Source: Thraustochytrium aureum
Lineage: Eukaryota
DNA: 38,324 nucleotides
Reading direction: 5' to 3'
Assembly: GCA_012862495.1 (NCBI GenBank)
Contig: BLSG01000379.1
Span: forward strand, 76,895 to 115,218
Part shown: piece by piece, positions 30,908 to 38,324 of the stretch
Numbering within the stretch: position 1 is the stretch's first letter
Layout of the letters: every line of letters begins with the position of its first letter
Notes under the pieces: generated by a model
The model's database searches: none
Told to the model about the DNA's origin: nothing
Seen by the model: the letters and a program-made list of their open reading frames with translations, nothing else
Translations under genes and position numbers: made by a program

Positions 30908-32050
30908 ATGAAGGCGTTCAAGAGCATCCGGTCGTTCTTCAGGACGAGCAAGAGCAGCAAGAGCGCCCCGAATGCGCAGGCGGAAATGAAGGCCAAGTTC
31001 AACGAGCGGTTCGAGCTGGGCGAAGTCCTCGGCAAAGGGAACTTTAGCGTCGTGAAGAAGGCCACGGACAAGGAGACCGGCGTCGAGTACGCGGTCAAGT
31101 GCATCGGCAAGCGCCACCTGTCCAAGGAGGACCGCGAGGCGATCACCAAGGAGGTGGAGATCCTGCAGGGCCTCGACCACCCCAACATCATCAGCCTGCT
31201 CGGCATGTTCGAGGACGCCCAGTACTACTACGTGGTGACCGAGCTGGTCAAGGGCGGCGAGCTGTTCGACCGCATCGTGGCCAAGGAGTTTTACAGGGAG
31301 GGCGACGCGGCCAAGGTGGTGCGCACCATTGCCGAGGCGCTAAAGTACTGCAACGAGAACGGCGTGGTGCACCGCGACCTCAAGCCGGAGAACATCCTGC
31401 TGGTGGACCCCAAGGACGATGCCTCGCTCAAGCTCGCTGACTTTGGCTTTGCCAAGGAGGTCAACCCGGACGGCGAGGGCGAGCTCAAGACAACGTGCGG
31501 CACCCCGGGCTACGTGGCCCCAGAGGTCATCTCGGGCAAGCCGTACGGGCGCGAGGTCGACATGTGGAGCCTCGGGGTCATCACCTACATCCTGCTTTGC
31601 GGGTACCCGCCCTTCTACGACGAGAACCAGGCCAACCTGTTCAAGCAGATCAAGAAGGCAAAGTACAAATTCGACCCCGAGTTTTGGGCCGACGTCAGCG
31701 ACGAGGCCAAGGACCTCATCAAGGGCTTGCTCGTCGTCGACCGCTCCGCGCGCTTCACCGTGGATGACGTCCTCAACCACCCCTGGATCAAGAACGGCGG
31801 TGGCGAGAAGGACATTACGCCTGCGCTGCAGCAGCTCCGCGGCTACCAGGCCCGGCGCCGCCTCAAGCGCGGCGTCAACGCCGTCCTTGCGGTCGGCCGG
31901 CTGCGCGGCGCGCTTGGCGCGTTCGGCGCTGTCAAGGAGGAGGCTGACCGCCAGGCCAAGGCCAAGGCCGAGGCGGACGCCGCTGCTGGCGAGGCGGACG
32001 CCGCCGCTGGCGAGGCGGCCGACGAGGCGGCCGACGAGGAGGAGGCCTGA
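30908..32050 (+). CDS. Calcium/calmodulin-dependent protein kinase (CaMKI-like), 380 aa
   Basis: GKGNFSVV, AVK, GGELFDRIV, HRDLKPENILL, DFG, CGTPGYVAPE, DMWSLGVITYILLCGYPPF and a basic calmodulin-binding helix (ARRRLKRGVNAVLAVGRL). Very high GC3. The ATG at 30908 lies just after a gap, so an upstream exon is possible. Confidence 0.95.
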   Translation: MKAFKSIRSFFRTSKSSKSAPNAQAEMKAKFNERFELGEVLGKGNFSVVKKATDKETGVEYAVKCIGKRHLSKEDREAITKEVEILQGLDHPNIISLLGMFEDAQYYYVVTELVKGGELFDRIVAKEFYREGDAAKVVRTIAEALKYCNENGVVHRDLKPENILLVDPKDDASLKLADFGFAKEVNPDGEGELKTTCGTPGYVAPEVISGKPYGREVDMWSLGVITYILLCGYPPFYDENQANLFKQIKKAKYKFDPEFWADVSDEAKDLIKGLLVVDRSARFTVDDVLNHPWIKNGGGEKDITPALQQLRGYQARRRLKRGVNAVLAVGRLRGALGAFGAVKEEADRQAKAKAEADAAAGEADAAAGEAADEAADEEEA

Positions 32051-32855
32051 GTGGCGCCGCAGGAGGGGGGTTGGGTGTTTGGGCTGTGAGCGCTTATCGC
32101 CATCTAGCCGCGCGCTGGAGGTGGTTCGTGCTTGCTGCCTCGGTGTGCCGTGCGTGGCCGGGCAGTGCCGCCGTGTGTTTCTTTCTTCTGCCGTCGTGTT
32201 TTCCTTTCTCATTTTCGTAGCCTTCGCCGCCCCATGCAAACACTCAATGGAATTCGGTGTTCTATACGCGTCTGTTCTGCTTGATTGAAGCGCTGGCGCT
32301 GGCTGTGGCGCCCTTGCCGTTGCACATCACAAGCCGCTCCGAGCCCGCGGGCGGCGGCGAGGGACTTGGCGCAGTAGCTACGGGGAATCGCGCCTTGCGT
32401 TCGACCCACTANNNNNNNNNNNNNNNNNNNNNNNNNNNNNNNNNNNNNNNNNNNNNNNNNNNNNNNNNNNNNNNNNNNNNNNNNNNNNNNNNNNNNNNNN
32501 NNNNNNNNNNNNNNNNNNNNNNNNNNNNNNNNNNNNNNNNNNNNNNNNNNNNNNNNNNNNNNNNNNNNNNNNNNNNNNNNNNNNNNNNNNNNNNNNNNNN
32601 NNNNNNNNNNNNNNNNNNNNNNNNNNNNNNNNNNNNNNNNNNNNNNNNNNNNNNNNNNNNNNNNNNNNNNNNNNNNGCACCGGCCGGCTGTCGCTCCAGA
32701 GGACGAGTGCGCGAGCGATTTGGAGCGCGGCGCTGCTCTGTTCAAGCACCCAAGCTGCTCCGGCAAAATTATGAAACAAGACCGTGATGCGCACTGGTCG
32801 CGTAAGATTCGTTCCTTCACTTGATCGAGAGACGAAGGCGCCTAATCGAAAGGAT

Positions 32856-33932
32856 TTAGATGGTGCTGTACTGGCGAAAGGCGGCTGCCCAGTTCGTGGG
32901 CTTGTTTTTGACGATCTTGTCGATGTGCTCCATGTGCTCGTCGGTGAGCTGTTCCAGCACCCGCAGCGCGCCGAGGTTCTCCTCGATCTGCTCCACCTTG
33001 GTCGCCCCCAGCAAGACCGATGTCACGTTCTTGTTCTTGGCGCACCAAGCCAACGCGAGCTGCGACGGGCTGCAGTCGAACGTTTCCTTGGCAAACTTGG
33101 TCAGCTCGACCACCATCTCAATCTTGCCCGCGGCCCTCCACTCGTCGAGCCGGGTCTTGAGCCATTCGTACCCCTTTTGAGCGAGCCGCGAGCCCTCAGG
33201 AATGTCCTCGTTGTACTTGCCCGTGAGCAGGCCGCTCGCCAGCGGGGACCAGATCGTTGTGCCGATGTTGTATGGCGCGCGGAAGATTGGGTAGTACTCG
33301 CACTCAAACCGATCGCGGTGGAACAGGTTGTACTGCGGCTGCTCGACCTGCGGCGGCTCTAGCCCCTCGCTGCGCGCAATAAAGTACGCCTCGGTGATCT
33401 GCTGCGCGCTCCACTCCGAGGTGCCCCAGGCCATCGCCTTGCCGGATCGGATCACCTGCGTCATCGCGCGCACCACCGACTCGGTGGGGGTGTCCTTGTC
33501 TGGTCGGTGGCAAAACACCACGTCCACGTAGTCGAGCTTCAGGCGCGCCAGCGACGCGTCGAGCCCCTCCACGATGTGCTTGCGCGACAGGCCGTTCTCG
33601 TTCAGCCCTTTGCCGCCCCAAAAGATCTTGGTCGTAATCACCTGGTCCGAGCGGCGCCACACTTCGGGGTCCTCCTTGACGAGGTCGGCGTACGCGAGCC
33701 CAAAAATGGCCTCGGCTTCGCCGTTCGGAACGCCATACACCTCTGCGTTGTCCCAGAGATTGATCCCGGCTTTGCGCGCCACGCGGAGGATATCCTTGGC
33801 GGCCTTGACCCCGTCATCCTTGTGCAGGTCGTCCTTGACGCCAAACGTGGCCCAAAACCCGAACGCGAACACCGAAGTCAGCATGCCGGTGTTGCCCAGC
33901 ACGCGATAGTACATTTTCTGCCCCTCGCTCAT
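32856..33932 (-). CDS. Aldo-keto reductase, AKR6 / voltage-gated K+ channel beta-subunit (KCNAB)-like, 358 aa
   Basis: MYYRVLGNTG, DNAEVYG, TTKIFWGG, GLSRKHIVEG, YVDVVFCHRPD, WGTSEWSAQQI, EQPQYNLFHR, WSPLASGLLTGKY, QLALAWC and SVLLGAT. The likely ATG is at 33932. Confidence 0.93.
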   Translation of the reverse strand: MSEGQKMYYRVLGNTGMLTSVFAFGFWATFGVKDDLHKDDGVKAAKDILRVARKAGINLWDNAEVYGVPNGEAEAIFGLAYADLVKEDPEVWRRSDQVITTKIFWGGKGLNENGLSRKHIVEGLDASLARLKLDYVDVVFCHRPDKDTPTESVVRAMTQVIRSGKAMAWGTSEWSAQQITEAYFIARSEGLEPPQVEQPQYNLFHRDRFECEYYPIFRAPYNIGTTIWSPLASGLLTGKYNEDIPEGSRLAQKGYEWLKTRLDEWRAAGKIEMVVELTKFAKETFDCSPSQLALAWCAKNKNVTSVLLGATKVEQIEENLGALRVLEQLTDEHMEHIDKIVKNKPTNWAAAFRQYSTI

Positions 33933-34423
33933 CCTTCTTTCTCGTCGAGTCTGCCCGCTCGATGCTGCAGCTTCACTCGCGCGCCCTTGCGTGCTCGCGT
34001 GCTTGCTTGCGTGCTTGCTTGCTGCCGCTTGCTTGATCTCTTGCGTCTCCTTCGAGCTTCGTTGGGAGTCTGCTGAGCACACGGGCCAACCTTGTATCTT
34101 CCCGTTCATCGATGATTCTTCCAGTTCCTTCACCTTCTTGGTAGTACTCCGACACTCCGGGTCATCATCATCCATCACCATCTTCGAGTTGTGCTTGAAG
34201 GACGCGGACATCAACATCAACACAACATCAGCCTCTGTGTTCGTAAGGTAAGTAGTCGTACCGGTACCTTACTCTACCTACAGTTCCACACCTGCCCGCG
34301 CCGCGCCGAGCTCTGCACGCCCATGTCAGCGTTGCGGCGGCGTTGCTCAACGTTCTGCGTAGAGAGAAGGCACTCGGCGGCGGAAGTACTCGAGTACTTG
34401 CTCGACTCAGCACCCATCAAGTG

Positions 34424-34453
34424 TTAGGTTAGGTTAGGATAGGCTAGGTTAGG
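34424..34453 (+). repeat. (TTAGG)n-like pentamer array, 6 units, in the AKR/BRCA1-like divergent promoter
   Basis: ttagg ttagg ttagg atagg ctagg ttagg. Confidence 0.85.
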
Positions 34454-34599
34454 TTTGACCCGCTGTAATTGTTTTTAGCGGGATCATTTTGAACTCGCGA
34501 GCCGCAACTCCGTTTTGGTGTGGCGTGCTGCGGGCGTGCTCAGCGCGGCTTGCGTGCGTGCGCGCGCGGTTGGAGACTCGGGCTGGCGCTGTGGCTGGG

Positions 34600-36670
34600 A
34601 TGGAGTTTCAACTTGGGCCAGCGCAGCGCGCCGCGCTACGGCTGATGGAACGCGAGCTGGAATGCCCGATCTGCGAGCGGGTGATGCACGACGTCAGGAC
34701 CACGCGCTGCGCGCACAGCTTTTGCAGGGCGTGCCTCGAAGACCACTTGCTGGATAGCAGCGAGTGCCCCCATCCAAAGTGTGGACTGCCGGTGTCGCCG
34801 GGCGAGGTGTCGTCCAACCACGCCATCCAACAGTTTGTCACAAACCTCGACGCAATGAAGCAGGCTCTCGCGCGGCTCGATCAGCGCGCGCTCGGCACCG
34901 AGGAAAACCTGCCCCCGCAACATTCAGCAAATGAAATGCTCGAGCCTGCTCCGTGCGACGCGGTGAAGGAGCCGCAACCGCACTCCCAAGCCTCGAAAAA
35001 ATCGCCGAGTTCCGGAACCCAGAGCTCGTGCGACAGCGTTCCGTGTAGCCAAGCTATCGCGCACGCAGCCTCTTTCCTGGCTCAAACGAGGTCCAGGCAC
35101 GGCATTGAAGCGGCTTCCGGCGCAACGCAGCAGACCCTCGTTGACGTGGAACCTGACGCGAGCCAGCAGACCCTCATCGACGAGGACGCCGATGCAAGCC
35201 TGCGAGCCGATGAAAACCAGCGAGCCGATGCAAGTCAGCGAGCGGATGAAANNNNNNNNNNNNNNNNNNNNNNNNNNNNNNNNNNNNNNNNNNNNNNNNN
35301 NNNNNNNNNNNNNNNNNNNNNNNNNNNNNNNNNNNNNNNNNNNNNNNNNNNNNNNNNNNNNNNNNNNNNNNNNNNNNNNNNNNNNNNNNNNNNNNNNNNN
35401 NNNNNNNNNNNNNNNNNNNNNNNNNNNNNNNNNNNNNNNNNNNNNNNNNNNNNNNNNNNNNNNNNNNNNNNNNNNNNNNNNNNNNNNNNNNNNNNNNNNN
35501 NNNNNNNNNNNNNNNNNNNNNNNNNNNNNNNNNNNNNNNNNNNNNNNNNNNNNNNNNNNNNNNNNNNNNNNNNNNNNNNNNNNNNNNNNNNNNNNNNNNN
35601 NNNNNNNNNNNNNNNNNNNNNNNNNNNNNNNNNNNNNNNNNNNNNNNNNGGCGACAGCCCCGATGCCCGAGCTAACCCCGTCCGCGCCGTCACAGCCGCT
35701 AGACGCCGCGGAAGACGGGGAGCTGCCTGAAGGCAGCAAGGTCCCAAACCCCGTCATGCTTCTGAACACGACCCTCCTCGACACTCTCGACGAAGAGCAG
35801 CGCGCACAAGCCAGGGCCATGGGCGGAACGCTGCGGTCCAAAATCGAAAACGTCGAGATCGGGCTCACCCACACCGTCGTCGAATGCGCAGCAGACGAAC
35901 GCTCCGAGGACGGCCTCCACAAGTTCAAACCGACACCAAAGTACGTGTTCGGGGTAATGCAGGGCACCTGGGTGGTGACGTCAGAGTGGCTTTTCGCCTC
36001 CCTGCGCGCTGGGCGATGGCTGGAAGAGACCGCGTTTGAGATATGCAGCCGCTCTGGGGTCGAGCGCGAGTACCGCGAGGCATGGGCCTCTGGAAGCAGC
36101 ACGCCGTACGACAACTACAACTACATTCTGGCCATGCCCGAGCCCGGCGCGTCGCGCGAGGGCTCGGACGTCAACTCGTGCTCCTTGGACCTCGTCCAGT
36201 GCCACTTTGCGTCGGAGCGCAGACCGCGAACAGAGATCCGCGACTTGTCATTCTTTGTCGAGCCGAGCGGGTTCCTTGGGATCAACACAGTCCTCCAGAG
36301 ACCAGACGCGGCGCTGGACAGCCTCAGCCCTGCGGACAAGGCCGCCTTTCGCGACCCCTCCAAGCTGGTCGTGATCCTGGCGCTGCACTCGGACGCCCGC
36401 GAAGAAGGCCACTTTGCGCACTGCGAGTACTGCGCGCGTCTCTTCCTCCTGGTGCAACTTTTTCCGAACAGCGTCGTTGTCGACTGCGGCTGGGTTTGGC
36501 ACCTCCCATTCATCGTGGCCAAGCCCAGGCGCCTGTTCCGCAAGTTTTTCTTCACATGCAACCACGGCTCGCGCTTGGTGGGGCGCGGCGTCAGCTCCGA
36601 GTTCCGTGCGACCTACGTTCAGACAGGGCGGCGCCAGCGCGAGCGGAAAGTCGAGGACGCGGAAGGCTGA
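34600..36670 (+). CDS. RING-finger and BRCT-domain protein, BRCA1/BARD1-like (gap inside)
   Basis: C3HC4 RING LECPICERV...RCAHSFCRAC...CPHPKC. S/TQ-rich middle region. BRCT after the gap: LTHTVV...TPKYVFGVMQGTWVVTSEWLFASLRAGRWLEETAFEI. A possible degenerate second BRCT ends in VVDCGWV. ATG at 34600, TGA at 36668-36670. Confidence 0.82.
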
Positions 36671-36707
36671 GGGCGCGGATAGCTGAGGACGCGGAAGGCT
36701 GAGGACG
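36653..36707 (+). repeat. 16-bp tandem repeat (~3.4 copies) spanning the BRCA1-like stop codon
   Basis: gaggacgcggaaggct gagggcgcggatagct gaggacgcggaaggct gaggacg. Confidence 0.8.
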
Positions 36708-36868
36708 AGGCCGACGCGCGGGCGCAATTGCGAGCCCGCCCGCCGGATGCAAAATAGCAAGGTAGAGTACTTGAGCGTGTGCTTTTTTTCTTCTCGCTGT
36801 CTTTGCTTGCAACGCCTTGGGCTCCCTGCATGGGCTCTAGCTCGCTCGAGTCAACCGAAACGAGTCAA

Positions 36869-37892
36869 TCAGCCCCCCCCCACCGAGGCATCAGCCCTTT
36901 TTTTCTTCGCAGCCTGCTCCGCTTGGTCCATGGCGCGCTTGCGCTTCAACAGGGTCTCTATGTCCTCCTGCGCGTCGGCCTGCAAGTCTGCGAGCTCGGC
37001 GGCAACGTCCGCCGGGTCGTCGTCGTCGATTGCCGAGTCGCCATCGTCAGAGTCGTCGCCGCCGCCCTCGAACAGGTCGTCTTGGGGAGCGTACTTCTTC
37101 ACGACGCTAAGCTTGCCCGACTCGGGCGCATACATGCCGGTAATGGTGAATTTGCCAAACGAGTTGGACCCCTCCCCGCTCACCTTGATCCAGCCGCTCT
37201 CGCCCTCTGGGCTGCCGAACGTCAAGGTGGTGGCCTTCTCCTCCACGCGAGTCGGCTTGGTGCCGTCGCCGTTGTCGAGCATGAAAAACCCGGGAAACTT
37301 GCCGCTAGGCGGAGCCTTGGTCGACACCGGCTTGGGCCCGGCATACACGTACTTGAACTTTGACTTGGTCCCGGCGTCGTACTTTTCCTTGGACAGGGCC
37401 CACTTCCCAGCCCACACCAGCTTGCCGTCCTTCGCCTTGAGCAGGCCGCGCATCACGGGCTCCAGCGGCGCTGCCTTAGCCGCCTTCTTTGTTTTTTGCC
37501 TTCCCGCCGTCCTCGTCCTCCTCGTCTTCCTCCTCGTCGTCGTCGCTCCCGCGCGCGTCGCCGTCGTCCTCGTCGTCGTCGGCGAGGTCTTCGTCCATCA
37601 GCCGGCTCAGCGCCGAGGAGACCGGCTTGGCCTCCTCTGCATTCCCATACTCCAGCACAAACGCCTGCAGAGCCTTGCCCGCAGCGGTCGTGCCCCCGCA
37701 AACCGCCAGGCACAGCGCCTTATTATCCAGCGCCTCCCCGAGGGCGGCCTTGCACGCCTTCTGAAGCGCCTCCTCGTCCACGCCCTCCGCGCCCATGTAG
37801 ATCAAGCACGCCTGCTTGAGCTCCTCCTCGGTCGCCTTGGCCTTACCGTCGCTGCGGTACTCGACCAGCGTCTCGAACTTGGCGGCATCCAT
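36869..37892 (-). CDS. Hypothetical acidic, probably nuclear protein; frame break at the A6 run (plus-strand T6 at 37492-37497)
   Basis: ORFs 37476-37892 (MDAAKFETLVEY...acidic tract) and 36869-37456 join if one A is removed from, or two are added to, GCAAAAAAC, giving ...GKAKTKKAAKAAPLEPVMRG. Contains Asp/Glu tracts, NLS-like LKRKR and KKKR, and a beta-rich domain with GEGSNSFGKFTITGMY. GC3-biased codons. Confidence 0.72.
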
Positions 37893-38109
37893 CCGCCCAA
37901 CCGCCGCCGCGCCACGGGCGGCCGACCGCACCCACGCGCAGCCGCTCCGCACAAAATCTACGCGACGCGCCTACAGCACGCCACGACGAACGCCACGCCG
38001 CGCACTGCCTCCTGCGGCCCCGCGCAACGCAGCTCCCCGCTCCAAATTGCCGCTCTGCTCGACCCCACTCTCCTCCTGCGCCATGGCGCGCAGCAAAGTC
38101 TCCCCACTC

Positions 38110-38324
38110 TCTCGGTACATCCTCTTGCACAATTCCCGCCTTGGCGCCCGCGCATTGCAGCCCTCGATTTATCCCCTTGCATATTTCCCGCCTCTGCGCC
38201 CGCGCCAATTCATACCTCGTAGTATCCTCGTGAGCATCTGCTGCGTTTGCGCCCGCGCATTGCATTTCTCGATTTATCCTCCTGAACATTTCCCGCCTCT
38301 GCGCCCGCGCATTGCAGCTCTCGA
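38110..38324. repeat. ~52-bp tandem repeat, at least 4 copies, running off the window end
   Basis: GCGCCCGCGC anchors at about 38144, 38196, 38249 and 38301. Consensus is like TTTCCCGCCTCTGCGCCCGCGCATTGCAGCCCTCGATTTATCCCCTTGCA. The period is not a multiple of 3. Confidence 0.85.

Noticed and set aside
31968..32047. 21-bp and 12-bp repeats at the end of the CaMK gene
   Set aside because: An ordinary low-complexity Ala/Glu/Asp coding tail (EADAAAG x2, EAAD x2).
33933..34223. 97-aa N-terminal extension of the AKR ORF
   Set aside because: It runs through (GCTT)n simple sequence, and family similarity begins at MSEGQKMYYR. It is more likely 5'UTR.
34424..34453. Chromosome end or telomere fusion site
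   Set aside because: Only six degenerate units, in one orientation, between two intact genes.
37476..37500. Euplotes-type programmed +1 frameshift at the A run
   Set aside because: The stop is four codons downstream of the A run rather than an AAA-TAA site. A homopolymer error is simpler in a gapped draft assembly.

Overview
Gene-dense, GC-rich eukaryotic DNA with few introns. The gene repertoire suggests a protist, possibly a stramenopile such as a thraustochytrid, but this is inference. It is a draft assembly with N gaps at 2654-3571, 6320-6538, 8544, 10611-10902, 18851-19013, 30601-30904, 32412-32676 and 35252-35649. About 15 protein genes can be supported: a partial hypothetical gene, an ICL/PEP-mutase-family lyase, a WD40-like protein, a TPR protein, an FAD-dependent DAO-family oxidoreductase, an EGF-like/7TM orphan membrane protein, TMEM260, a large ARM/HEAT-like protein, a Ubl/EF-hand-like/PH protein, prefoldin 5 (4 exons, one GC-AG intron), a six-finger C2H2 protein, a CaMK-type kinase, a Kv-beta-type aldo-keto reductase, a RING-BRCT BRCA1/BARD1-like protein and an acidic nuclear-type protein. 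The genes alternate strand almost strictly. I found no RNA genes, CRISPR arrays or recognisable mobile elements. The most interesting non-standard signals are: a nested tandem repeat placing about 14 TGACG half-sites at 11-bp spacing just upstream of the oxidoreductase; a same-strand GTGACG cluster in another divergent promoter; telomere-like GGGTTAGG/TTAGG motifs in two divergent promoters; and the EGF-7TM orphan receptor. Three genes also have frame breaks at homopolymer runs, most likely sequencing errors. I cannot claim a definite new biological system from sequence alone.
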